From the human T2T-CHM13v2.0 reference genome, Homo sapiens, in assembly GCF_009914755.1 (NCBI RefSeq), contig NC_060926.1: a stretch of 64,000 nt of DNA, one strand, 5' to 3'. The stretch's first letter is position 1. Every line of letters starts with the position of its first letter. The notes beneath the pieces are model-generated. The model saw nothing but the letters and a program-made list of their open reading frames with translations. It searched no databases and was not told the origin of the DNA. The position numbers and the translations under genes were made by a program. This document shows positions 51,901 to 64,000 of the stretch, piece after piece.

Positions 51901-53714
51901 AACTTTTTCATGATGTATCTACTCAGCTAACAGAGTTGAACCTTTCCTTTGAGAGAGCAGTTTTGAAACACTCTTTTTGTGGAATCTGTAAGTGGATATT
52001 TGTCTAGCTTTGAGGATTTCGTTGGAAACGGGATTACATATAAAAAGCAGACAGCAGCATTCCCAGTAACTTCTTTGTGATGTTTGCATTCAAGTCACAG
52101 AGTTGAACATTCCCTTTCATAGAGCAGGTTTGAAACACTCTTTTTATAGTATCTGGATGTGGACATTTGGAGCGCTTTCAGGCCTATGGTGAAAAAGGAA
52201 ATATCTTCCCCTGAAAACTAGACAGAAGCATTCTCAGAAACTAATTTGTGATGTGCGCCCTCAACTAACAGTGTTGAAGCTTTCTTTTGATAGAGCAGTT
52301 TTGAAACACTCTTTTTGTAATATCTCCAAGAGGATATTTGGATATCTTTGAGGATTTCGTTGGAAACGGGATTGTCTTCATATAAACTCTAGACAGAAGC
52401 ATTCTCAGAAGCTTCATTGGGATGTTTCAATTGAAGTCACAGTGTTGAACAGTCCCTTTCATAGAGCAGGTTTGAAACACTCTTTTTGTAGTATCTGGAA
52501 GTGGACATTTGGAGAGATCTCAGGAATACGGGGATAAAGGAAATATCTTCCAATAAAAGCTGGATAGAAGCAAAGTCAGAAACTTTTTCATGATGTATCT
52601 ACTCAGCTAACAGAGTTGAACCTTTCTTTTGAGAGAGCAGTTTTGAAACACTCTTTTTGTGGAATCTGCAAGTGGATATTTGTCTAGCTTTGAGGATTTC
52701 GTTGGAAACGGGATTACATATAAAAAGCAGACAGCAGCATTCCCAGAAACTTCTTTGTGAAGTTTGCATTCAAGTCACAGAGTTGAACATTCCCTTTCAT
52801 AGAGCAGGTTTGAAACACTCTTTTTGTAGTATCTGTATGTGGACATTTGGAGCGCTTTCAGGCCTATGGTGAAAAAGGAAATATCTTCCCCTGAAAACTA
52901 GACAGAAGCATTCTCAGAATCTTATTTGTGATGTGCGCCCTCAACTAACAGTGTTGAAGCTTTCTTTTGATAGAGCAGTTTTGAAACACTCTTTTTGTAA
53001 AATCTGCAAGAGGATATTTGGATAGCTTTGAGGATTTCGTTGGAAACGGGATTGTCTTCATATAAACTCTAGACAGAAGCATTCTCAGAAGCTTCATTGG
53101 GATGTTTCAATTGAAGTCACAGTGTTGAACAGTCCCTTTCATAGAGCAGGTTTGAAACACTCTTTTTGTAGTATCTGGAAGTGGACATTTGGAGCGCTCT
53201 CAGGACTACGGTGAAAAAGGAAGTATCTTCCAATAAAAGCTAGATAGAAGCAATGTCAGAAACTTTTTCATGATGTATCCACTCAGCTAACAGAGTTGAA
53301 CCTTTCTTTTGAGAGAGCAGTTTTGAAACACTCTTTTTGTGGAATCTGCAAGTGGATATTTGTCTAGCTTTGAGGATTTCGTTGGAAACGGGATTACATA
53401 TAAAAAGCAGACAGCAGCATTCCCAGAAACTTCTTTGTGATGTTTGCATTCAAGTCACAGAGTTGAACATTCCCTTTCATAGAGCAGGTTTGAAACACTC
53501 TTTTTGTAGTATCTGGATGTGGACATTTTGAGCGCTTTCAGGCCTATGGTGAAAAAGGAAATATCTTCCCCTGAAAACTAGACAGAAGCATTCTCAGAAT
53601 GTTATTTGTTATGTGCGCCCTCAACTAACAGTGTTGAAGCTTTCTTTTGATAGAGCAGTTTTGAAACACTCTTTTTGTAAAATCTGCAAGAGGATATTTG
53701 GATAGCTTTGAGGA

Positions 53715-53731
53715 TTTCTTTGGAAACGGGA
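53715..53731 (+). promoter_or_regulatory. Mutated CENP-B box (G5>T, essential base)
   Basis: TTTCTTTGGAAACGGGA. Confidence 0.88.
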
Positions 53732-56700
53732 TTGTCTTCATATAAACTCTAGACAGAAGCATTCTCAGAAGCTTCATTGGGATGTTTCAATTGAAGTCAC
53801 AGTGTTGAACAGTCCCTTTCATAGAGCAGGTTTGAAACACTCTTTTTGTAGTATCTGGATGTGGACATTTAGAGCGCTTTCAGGCCTATGGTGAAAAAGG
53901 AAATATCTTCCCCTGAAAACTAGACAGAAGCATTCTCAGAAACTTATTTGTGATGTGCGCCCTCAACTAACAGTGTTGAAGCTTTCTTTTGATAGAGCAG
54001 TTTTGAAATACTCTTTTTGTGGAATCTGCAAGTGGATATTTGTCTAGCTTTGAGGATTTCGTTGGAAACGGGATTACATATAAAAAGCAGACAGCAGCAT
54101 TCCCAGAATCTTGTTTGTGATGTTTCCATTCAAGTGACAGAGTTGAACATTCCCTTTCAGAGAGCAGGTTTGAAACACTCTTTTTATAGTATCTGGATGT
54201 GGACATTTGGAGCGCTTTCAGGCCTATGGTGAAAAAGGAAATATCTTCTCCTGAAATCTAGACAGAAGCATTCTCAGAATCTTATTTGTGATGTGCACCC
54301 TCAACTAACAGTGTTGAAGCTTTCTTTTGATAGAGCAGTTTTGAAACACTCTTTTCGTAAAATCTGCAAGAGGACATTTGGATAGCTTTGAGGATTTCGT
54401 TGGAAACGGGATTGTCTTCATATAAACTCTAGACAGAAGCATTCTCAGAAGCTTCATTGGGATGTTTCAACTGAAGTCACAGTGTTGAACAGTCCCTTTC
54501 ATAGAGCAGGTTTGAAACACTCTTTTTGTAGTATCTGGAAGTGGACATTTGGAGCGCTCTCAGGACTGCGGTGAAAAAGGAAATATCTTCCAATAAAAGC
54601 TAGATAGAAGCAATGTCAGAAACTTTTTCATGATGTATCTACTCAGCTAACAGAGTTGAACCTTCCTTTGAGAGAGCAGTTTTGAAACACTCTTTTTGTG
54701 GAATCTGCAAGTGGATATTTGTCTAGCTTTGAGGATTTCGTTGGAAACGGGATTACATATAAAAAGCAGACAGCGACATTCCCAGAAACTTCTTTGTGAT
54801 GTTTGCATTCAAGTCACAGAGTTGAACATTCCCTTTCATAGAGCAGGTTTGAAACAATCTTTTTGTAGTATCTGGATGTGGACATTTACAGCGCTTTCAG
54901 GCCTAAGGTGAAAAAGGAAATATCTTCCCCTGAAAACTAGACAGAAGCATTCTCAGAAACTTATTTGTGATGTGCGCCCTCAACTAACAGTGTTGAAGCT
55001 TTCTTTTGATAGAGCAGTTTTGAAAAACTCTTTTTGTGGAATCTGCAAGTGGATATTTGTCTAGCTTTGAGGATTTCGTTGGAAACGGGATTACATATAA
55101 AAAGCAGACAGCAGCATTCCCAGAATCTTGTTTGTGATGTTTGCATTCAAGTCACAGAGTTGAACATTCCCTTTCATAGAGCAGGTTTGAAACACTCTTT
55201 TTGTAGTATCTGGATGTGGACATTTGGAGCGCTTTCAGGCCTATGGTGAAAAAGGAAATATCTTCCCCTGAAAACTAGACAGAAGCATTCTCAGAAACTA
55301 ATTTGTGATGTGCGCCCTCAACTAACAGTGTTGAAGCTTTCTTTTGATAGAGCAGTTTTGAAACACTCTTTTTGTAATATCTGCAAGAGGATATTTGGAT
55401 ATCTTTGAGGATTTCGTTGGAAACGGGATTGTCTTCATATAAACTCTAGACAGAAGCATTCTCAGAATCTTCATTGGGATGTTTCAATTGAAGTCACAGT
55501 GTTGAACAGTCCCTTTCATAGAGCAGGTTTGAAACACTCTTTTTGTAGTATCTGGAAGTGGACATTTGGAGAGATCTCAGGAATACGGGGATAAAGGAAA
55601 TATCTTCCAACAAAAGCTAGATAGAAGCAAAGTCAGAAACTTTTTCATGATGTATCTACTCAGCTAACAGAGTTGAACCTTTCTTTTGAGAGAGCAGTTT
55701 TGAAACACTCTTTTTGTGGAATCTGCAAGTGGATATTTGTCTAGCTTTGAGGATTTCGTTGGAAACGGGATTACATATAAAAAGCAGACAGCAGCATTCC
55801 CAGAAACTTCTTTGTGAAGTTTGCATTCAAGTCACAGAGTTGAACATTCCCTTTCATAGAGCAGGTTTGAAACACTCTTTTTGTAGTATCTGTATGTGGA
55901 CATTTGGAGCGCTTTCAGGCCTATGGTGAAAAAGGAAATATCTTCCCCTGAAAACTAGACAGAAGCATTCTCAGAATCTTATTTGTGATGTGCGCCCTCA
56001 ACTAACAGTGTTGAAGCTTTCTTTTGATAGAGCAGTTTTGAAACACTCTTTTTGTAAAATCTGCAAGAGGATATTTGGATAGCTTTGAGGATTTCGTTGG
56101 AAACGGGATTGTCTTCATATAAACTCTAGACAGAAGCATTCTCAGAAGCTTCATTGGGATGTTTCAATTGAAGTCACAGTGTTGAACAGTCCCTTTCATA
56201 GAGCAGGTTTGAAACACTCTTTTTGTAGTATCTGGAAGTGGACATTTGGAGCGCTCTCAGGACTACGGTGAAAAAGGAAGTATCTTCCAATAAAAGCTAG
56301 ATAGAAGCAATGTCAGAAACTTTTTCATGATGTATCCACTCAGCTAACAGAGTTGAACCTTTCTTTTGAGAGAGCAGTTTTGAAACACTCTTTTTGTGGA
56401 ATCTGCAAGTGGATATTTGTCTAGCTTTGAGGATTTCGTTGGAAACGGGATTACATATAAAAAGCAGACAGCAGCATTCCCAGAAACTTCTTTGTGATGT
56501 TTGCATTCAAGTCACAGAGTTGAACATTCCCTTTCATAGAGCAGGTTTGAAACACTCTTTTTGTAGTATCTGGATGTGGACATTTGGAGCGCTTTCAGGC
56601 CTATGGTGAAAAAGGAAATATCTTCCCCTGAAAACTAGACAGAAGCATTCTCAGAATGTTATTTGTGATGTGCGCCCTCAACTAACAGTGTTGAAGCTTT

Positions 56701-59700
56701 CTTTTGATAGAGCAGTTTTGAAAAACTCTTTTTGTGGAATCTGCAAGTGGATATTTGTCTAGCTTTGAGGATTTCGTTGGAAACGGGATTACATATAAAA
56801 AGCAGACAGCAGCATTCCCAGAATCTTGTTTGTGATGTTTGCATTCAAGTCACAGAGTTGAACATTCCCTTTCAGAGAGCAGGTTTGAAACACTCTTTTT
56901 GTAGTATCTGGATGTGGACATTTGGAGCGCTTTCAGGCCTATGGTGAAAAAGGAAATATCTTCTCCTGAAAACTAGACAGAAGCATTCTCAGAAACTTAT
57001 TTGTGATGTGCGCCCTCAACTAACAGTGTTGAACCTTTCTTTTGATAGAGCAGTTTTGAAACACTCTTTTTGTAATATCTGCAAGAGGATATTTGGATAG
57101 CTTTGAGGATTTCGTTGGAAACGGGATTGTCTTCATATAAACTCTAGACAGAAGCATTCTCAGAAGCTTCATTGGGATGTTTCAATTGAAGTCACAGTGT
57201 TGAACAGTTCCTTTCATAGAACAGGTTTGAAACACTCTTTTTGTAGTATCTGGAAGTGGACATTTGGAGCGCTCTCAGGACTATGGTGAAAAAGGAAATA
57301 TCTTCCAATAAAAGCTACATAGAAGAAATGTCAGAAACTTTTTCATGATGTATCTACTGAGCTAACAGAGTTGAACCTTTCCTTTGAGAGAGCAGTTTTG
57401 AAACACTCTTTTTGTGGAATCTGTAAGTGGATATTTGTCTAGCTTTGAGGATTTCGTTGGAAACGGGATTACATATAAAAAGCAGACAGCAGCATTCCCA
57501 GTAACTTCTTTGTGATGTTTGCATTCAAGTCACAGAGTTGAACATTCCCTTTCATAGAGCAGGTTTGAAACACTCTTTTTGTAGTATCTGGATGTGGACA
57601 TTTGGAGCGCTTTCAGGCCTATGGTGAAAAAGGAAATATCTTCCCCTGAAAACTAGACAGAAGCATTCTCAGAAACTAATTTGTGATGTGCGCCCTCAAC
57701 TAACAGTGTTGAAGCTTTCTTTTGATAGAGCAGTTTTGAAACACTCTTTTTGTAATATCTGCAAGAGGATATTTGGATATCTTTGAGGATTTCGTTGGAA
57801 ACGGGATTGTCTTCATATAAACTCTAGACAGAAGCATTCTCAGAATCTTCATTGGGATGTTTCAATTGAAGTCACAGTGTTGAACAGTCCCTTTCATAGA
57901 GCAGGTTTGAAACACTCTTTTTGTAGTATCTGGAAGTGGACATTTGGAGAGATCTCAGGAATACGGGGATAAAGGAAATATCTTCCAACAAAAGCTAGAT
58001 AGAAGCAAAGTCAGAAACTTTTTCATGATGTATCTACTCAGCTAACAGAGTTGAACCTTTCTTTTGAGAGAGCAGTTTTGAAACACTCTTTTTGTGGAAT
58101 CTGCAAGTGGATATTTGTCTAGCTTTGAGGATTTCGTTGGAAACGGGATTACATATAAAAAGCAGACAGCAGCATTCCCAGAAACTTCTTTGTGAAGTTT
58201 GCATTCAAGTCACAGAGTTGAACATTCCCTTTCATAGAGCAGGTTTGAAACACTCTTTTTGTAGTATCTGTATGTGGACATTTGGAGCGCTTTCAGGCCT
58301 ATGGTGAAAAAGGAAATATCTTCCCCTGAAAACTAGACAGAAGCATTCTCAGAATCTTATTTGTGATGTGCGCCCTCAACTAACAGTGTTGAAGCTTTCT
58401 TTTGATAGAGCAGTTTTGAAACACTCTTTTTGTAAAATCTGCAAGAGGTTATTTGGATAGCTTTGAGGATTTCGTTGGAAACGGGATTGTCTTCATATAA
58501 ACTCTAGACAGAAGCATTCTCAGAAGCTTCATTGGGATGTTTCAATTGAAGTCACAGTGTTGAACAGTCCCTTTCATAGAGCAGGTTTGAAACACTCTTT
58601 TTGTAGTATCTGGAAGTGGACATTTGGAGCGCTCTCAGGACTACGGTGAAAAAGGAAGTATCTTCCAATAAAAGCTAGATAGAAGCAATGTCAGAAACTT
58701 TTTCATGATGTATCCACTCAGCTAACAGAGTTGAACCTTTCTTTTGAGAGAGCAGTTTTGAAACACTCTTTTTGTGGAATCTGCAAGTGGATATTTGTCT
58801 AGCTTTGAGGATTTCGTTGGAAACGGGATTACATATAAAAAGCAGACAGCAGCATTCCCAGAAACTTCTTTGTGATGTTTGCATTCAAGTCACAGAGTTG
58901 AACATTCCCTTTCATAGAGCAGGTTTGAAACACTCTTTTTGTAGTATCTGGATGTGGACATTTGGAGCGCTTTCAGGCCTATGGTGAAAAAGGAAATATC
59001 TTCCCCTGAAAACTAGACAGAAGCATTCTCAGAATGTTATTTGTGATGTGCGCCCTCAACTAACAGTGTTGAAGCTTTCTTTTGATAGAGCAGTTTTGAA
59101 AAACTCTTTTTGTGGAATCTGCAAGTGGATATTTGTCTAGCTTTGAGGATTTCGTTGGAAACGGGATTACATATAAAAAGCAGACAGCAGCATTCCCAGA
59201 ATCTTGTTTGTGATGTTTGCATTCAAGTCACAGAGTTGAACATTCCCTTTCAGAGAGCAGGTTTGAAACACTCTTTTTGTAGTATCTGGATGTGGACATT
59301 TGGAGCGCTTTCAGGCCTATGGTGAAAAAGGAAATATCTTCTCCTGAAAACTAGACAGAAGCATTCTCAGAAACTTATTTGTGATGTGCGCCCTCAACTA
59401 ACAGTGTTGAACCTTTCTTTTGATAGAGCAGTTTTGAAACACTCTTTTTGTAATATCTGCAAGAGGATATTTGGATAGCTTTGAGGATTTCGTTGGAAAC
59501 GGGATTGTCTTCATATAAACTCTAGACAGAAGCATTCTCAGAAGCTTCATTGGGATGTTTCAATTGAAGTCACAGTGTTGAACAGTTCCTTTCATAGAAC
59601 AGGTTTGAAACACTCTTTTTGTAGTATCTGGAAGTGGACATTTGGAGCGCTCTCAGGACTATGGTGAAAAAGGAAATATCTTCCAATAAAAGCTACATAG

Positions 59701-61527
59701 AAGAAATGTCAGAAACTTTTTCATGATGTATCTACTCAGCTAACAGAGTTGAACCTTTCCTTTGAGAGAGCAGTTTTGAAACACTCTTTTTGTGGAATCT
59801 GTAAGTGGATATTTGTCTAGCTTTGAGGATTTCGTTGGAAACGGGATTACATATAAAAAGCAGACAGCAGCATTCCCAGTAACTTCTTTGTGATGTTTGC
59901 ATTCAAGTCACAGAGTTGAACATTCCCTTTCATAGAGCAGGTTTGAAACACTCTTTTTGTAGTATCTGGATGTGGACATTTGGAGCGCTTTCAGGCCTAT
60001 GGTGAAAAAGGAAATATCTTCCCCTGAAAACTAGACAGAAGCATTCTCAGAAACTAATTTGTGATGTGCGCCCTCAACTAACAGTGTTGAAGCTTTCTTT
60101 TGATAGAGCAGTTTTGAAACACTCTTTTTGTAATATCTGCAAGAGGATATTTGGATATCTTTGAGGATTTCGTTGGAAACGGGATTGTCTTCATATAAAC
60201 TCTAGACAGAAGCATTCTCAGAATCTTCATTGGGATGTTTCAATTGAAGTCACAGTGTTGAACAGTCCCTTTCATAGAGCAGGTTTGAAACACTCTTTTT
60301 GTAGTATCTGGAAGTGGACATTTGGAGAGATCTCAGGAATACGGGGATAAAGGAAATATCTTCCAACAAAAGCTAGATAGAAGCAAAGTCAGAAACTTTT
60401 TCATGATGTATCTACTCAGCTAACAGAGTTGAACCTTTCTTTTGAGAGAGCAGTTTTGAAACACTCTTTTTGTGGAATCTGCAAGTGGATATTTGTCTAG
60501 CTTTGAGGATTTCGTTGGAAACGGGATTACATATAAAAAGCAGACAGCAGCATTCCCAGAAACATCTTTGTGAAGTTTGCATTCAAGTCACAGAGTTGAA
60601 CATTCCCTTTCATAGAGCAGGTTTGAAACACTCTTTTTGTAGTATCTGTATGTGGACATTTGGAGCACTTTCAGGCCTATGGTGAAAAAGGAAATATCTT
60701 CCCCTGAAAACTAGACAGAAGCATTCTCAGAATCTTATTTGTGATGTGCGCCCTCAACTAACAGTGTTGAAGCTTTCTTTTGATAGAGCAGTTTTGAAAC
60801 ACTCTTTTTGTAAAATCTGCAAAAGGATATTTGGATAGCTTTGAGGATTTCGTTGGAAACGGGATTGTCTTCATATAAACTCTAGACAGAAGCATTCTCA
60901 GAAGCTTCATTGGGATGTTTCAATTGAAGTCACAGTGTTGAACAGTCCCTTTCATAGAGCAGGTTTGAAACACTCTTTTTGTAGTATCTGGAAGTGGACA
61001 TTTGGAGCGCTCTCAGGACTACGGTGAAAAAGGAAGTATCTTCCAATAAAAGCTAGATAGAAGCAATGTCAGAAACTTTTTCATGATGTATCCACTCAGC
61101 TAACAGAGTTGAACCTTTCTTTTGAGAGAGCAGTTTTGAAACACTCTTTTTGTGGAATCTGCAAGTGGATATTTGTCTAGCTTTGAGGATTTCGTTGGAA
61201 ACGGGATTACATATAAAAAGCAGACAGCAGCATTCCCAGAAACTTCTTTGTGATGTTTGCATTCAAGTCACAGAGTTGAACATTCCCTTTCATAGAGCAG
61301 GTTTGAAACACTCTTTTTGTAGTATCTGGATGTGGACATTTGGAGCGCTTTCAGGCCTATGGTGAAAAAGGAAATATCTTCCCCTGAAAACTAGACAGAA
61401 GCATTCTCAGAATCTTATTTGTGATGTGCGCCCTCAACTAACAGTGTTGAAGCTTTCTTTTGATAGAGCAGTTTTGAAACACTCTTTTTGTAAAATCTGC
61501 AAGAGGATATTTGGATAGCTTTGAGGA

Positions 61528-61544
61528 TTTCTTTGGAAACGGGA
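61528..61544 (+). promoter_or_regulatory. Mutated CENP-B box (G5>T, essential base)
   Basis: TTTCTTTGGAAACGGGA, 7813 bp from 53715. Confidence 0.88.
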
Positions 61545-64000
61545 TTGTCTTCATATAAACTCTAGACAGAAGCATTCTCAGAAGCTTCATTGGGATGTTT
61601 CAATTGAAGTCACAGTGTTGAACAGTCCCTTTCATAGAGCAGGTTTGAAACACTCTTTTTGTAGTATCTGGATGTGGACATTTAGAGCGCTTTCAGGCCT
61701 ATGGTGAAAAAGGAAATATCTTCCCCTGAAAACTAGACAGAAGCATTCTCAGAAACTTATTTGTGATGTGCGCCCTCAACTAACAGTGTTGAAGCTTTCT
61801 TTTGATAGAGCAGTTTTGAAATACTCTTTTTGTGGAATCTGCAAGTGGATATTTGTCTAGCTTTGAGGATTTCGTTGGAAACGGGATTACATATAAAAAG
61901 CAGACAGCAGCATTCCCAGAATCTTGTTTGTGATGTTTCCATTCAAGTGACAGAGTTGAACATTCCCTTTCAGAGAGCAGGTTTGAAACACTCTTTTTAT
62001 AGTATCTGGATGTGGACATTTGGAGCGCTTTCAGGCCTATGGTGAAAAAGGAAATATCTTCTCCTGAAATCTAGACAGAAGCATTCTCAGAATCTTATTT
62101 GTGATGTGCACCCTCAACTAACAGTGTTGAAGCTTTCTTTTGATAGAGCAGTTTTGAAACACTCTTTTCGTAAAATCTGCAAGAGGACATTTGGATAGCT
62201 TTGAGGATTTCGTTGGAAACGGGATTGTCTTCATATAAACTCTAGACAGAAGCATTCTCAGAAGCTTCATTGGGATGTTTCAACTGAAGTCACAGTGTTG
62301 AACAGTCCCTTTCATAGAGCAGGTTTGAAACACTCTTTTTGTAGTATCTGGAAGTGGACATTTGGAGCGCTCTCAGGACTGCGGTGAAAAAGGAAATATC
62401 TTCCAATAAAAGCTAGATAGAAGCAATGTCAGAAACTTTTTCATGATGTATCTACTCAGCTAACAGAGTTGAACCTTCCTTTGAGAGAGCAGTTTTGAAA
62501 CACTCTTTTTGTGGAATCTGCAAGTGGATATTTGTCTAGCTTTGAGGATTTCGTTGGAAACGGGATTACATATAAAAAGCAGACAGCGACATTCCCAGAA
62601 ACTTCTTTGTGATGTTTGCATTCAAGTCACAGAGTTGAACATTCCCTTTCATAGAGCAGGTTTGAAACAATCTTTTTGTAGTATCTGGATGTGGACATTT
62701 ACAGCGCTTTCAGGCCTAAGGTGAAAAAGGAAATATCTTCCCCTGAAAACTAGACAGAAGCATTCTCAGAAACTTATTTGTGATGTGCGCCCTCAACTAA
62801 CAGTGTTGAAGCTTTCTTTTGATAGAGCAGTTTTGAAAAACTCTTTTTGTGGAATCTGCAAGTGGATATTTGTCTAGCTTTGAGGATTTCGTTGGAAACG
62901 GGATTACATATAAAAAGCAGACAGCAGCATTCCCAGAATCTTGTTTGTGATGTTTGCATTCAAGTCACAGAGTTGAACATTCCCTTTCAGAGAGCAGGTT
63001 TGAAACACTCTTTTTGTAGTATCTGGATGTGGACATTTGGAGCGCTTTCAGGCCTATGGTGAAAAAGGAAATATCTTCTCCTGAAAACTAGACAGAAGCA
63101 TTCTCAGAAACTTATTTGTGATGTGCGCCCTCAACTAACAGTGTTGAACCTTTCTTTTGATAGAGCAGTTTTGAAACACTCTTTTTGTAATATCTGCAAG
63201 AGGATATTTGGATAGCTTTGAGGATTTCGTTGGAAACGGGATTGTCTTCATATAAACTCTAGACAGAAGCATTCTCAGAAGCTTCATTGGGATGTTTCAA
63301 TTGAAGTCACAGTGTTGAACAGTTCCTTTCATAGAACAGGTTTGAAACACTCTTTTTGTAGTATCTGGAAGTGGACATTTGGAGCGCTCTCAGGACTATG
63401 GTGAAAAAGGAAATATCTTCCAATAAAAGCTACATAGAAGAAATGTCAGAAACTTTTTCATGATGTATCTACTCAGCTAACAGAGTTGAACCTTTCCTTT
63501 GAGAGAGCAGTTTTGAAACACTCTTTTTGTGGAATCTGTAAGTGGATATTTGTCTAGCTTTGAGGATTTCGTTGGAAACGGGATTACATATAAAAAGCAG
63601 ACAGCAGCATTCCCAGTAACTTCTTTGTGATGTTTGCATTCAAGTCACAGAGTTGAACATTCCCTTTCATAGAGCAGGTTTGAAACACTCTTTTTGTAGT
63701 ATCTGGATGTGGACATTTGGAGCGCTTTCAGGCCTATGGTGAAAAAGGAAATATCTTCCCCTGAAAACTAGACAGAAGCATTCTCAGAAACTAATTTGTG
63801 ATGTGCGCCCTCAACTAACAGTGTTGAAGCTTTCTTTTGATAGAGCAGTTTTGAAACACTCTTTTTGTAATATCTGCAAGAGGATATTTGGATATCTTTG
63901 AGGATTTCGTTGGAAACGGGATTGTCTTCATATAAACTCTAGACAGAAGCATTCTCAGAATCTTCATTGGGATGTTTCAATTGAAGTCACAGTGTTGAAC

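Larger units (their letters stand above)
1..64000 (+). repeat. Alpha satellite higher-order repeat array (dimeric SF2 type, 680-bp 4-mer; most likely human chr2 D2Z1 / S2C2H1L)
   Basis: Continuous ~170-bp monomers with typical alphoid motifs (CAGAAGCATTCTCAGAAACTT, TTTGAAACACTCTTTTTGTAG). CENP-B boxes occur in every second monomer at alternating 338/342-bp spacing (16, 354, 696, 1034...), with an XbaI site once per canonical 680 bp. Alpha satellite identity is near certain. The D2Z1 assignment rests on its known 680-bp XbaI 4-mer and is less certain (~0.8). Confidence 0.97.
50280..64000 (+). repeat. Nested super-repeat domain: 3737-bp (22-mer) unit with 3057-bp (18-mer) and 2378-bp (14-mer) derivatives
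   Basis: The marker AAACTAATTT has its variant base at 52243, 55300, 57678, 60056 and 63793 (gaps 3057, 2378, 2378, 3737). ORF offsets of 3737, 2378 and 7813 agree. Confidence 0.9.

Noticed and set aside
9-63062. Many 60-101 aa ORFs (MWNLQVDICLALRISLETG..., MLNSPFHRAG..., MQTSQ...)
   Set aside because: They are translations of the satellite, recur with the repeat, often start at TTG/GTG, and are opened or closed by single variants such as CAGTAA. There is no domain or gene context.
1-64000. CRISPR-like array (conserved motif at regular spacing)
   Set aside because: The sequence between motifs is itself repeated rather than unique spacer, the period is 170/340 bp, and there are no cas genes.
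1-64000. Transposon insertion, inversion or foreign sequence hidden in the array
   Set aside because: I saw no break in monomer register, poly-A tail, target-site duplication or reverse-strand box (TCCCGTTTCCAACGAA). A very short insert could be missed by eye; RepeatMasker would settle it.
1-64000. Synthetic centromere model sequence (Markov-generated, as in GRCh38)
   Set aside because: Rare variants stay linked over 2.4-7.8 kb blocks, which a short-range monomer model is unlikely to produce. A long-read assembly is more plausible, though not proven.
12541-64000. Shared origin or preferred size for the two 22-monomer units (3745 and 3737 bp)
   Set aside because: They differ in dimer composition and marker variants. 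With many even-numbered offsets present, the match is plausibly coincidence.

Overview
The whole 64 kb window is one uninterrupted head-to-tail array of centromeric alpha satellite (~170-bp monomers), all in the same orientation. I saw no genes, no L1/Alu insertions and no inversions. Monomers alternate between a CENP-B-box type (TTTCGTTGGAAACGGGA) and a pJalpha-type (CTAYGGTGAAAAAGGAA). They form two dimers, A (338 bp, box followed by TTACATATAAAAAGCAG) and B (342 bp, box followed by TTGTCTTCATATAAACTCTAGA). Together these make a 680-bp 4-monomer higher-order repeat (HOR) with one XbaI site per canonical unit. This best fits the human suprachromosomal family 2 array D2Z1 (S2C2H1L, chromosome 2); that call comes from recalled family features, not a search. 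All listed ORFs are satellite artefacts. I found no evidence of a new gene-based system. The structure worth noting is the array's internal evolution: hybrid HOR variants, a near-perfect 3745-bp tandem duplication, a nested 22/18/14-mer super-repeat at the right end, dispersed block duplications, regionally restricted variants, and a few mutated CENP-B boxes copied along with the blocks. All comparisons were made by eye and from ORF-track offsets.
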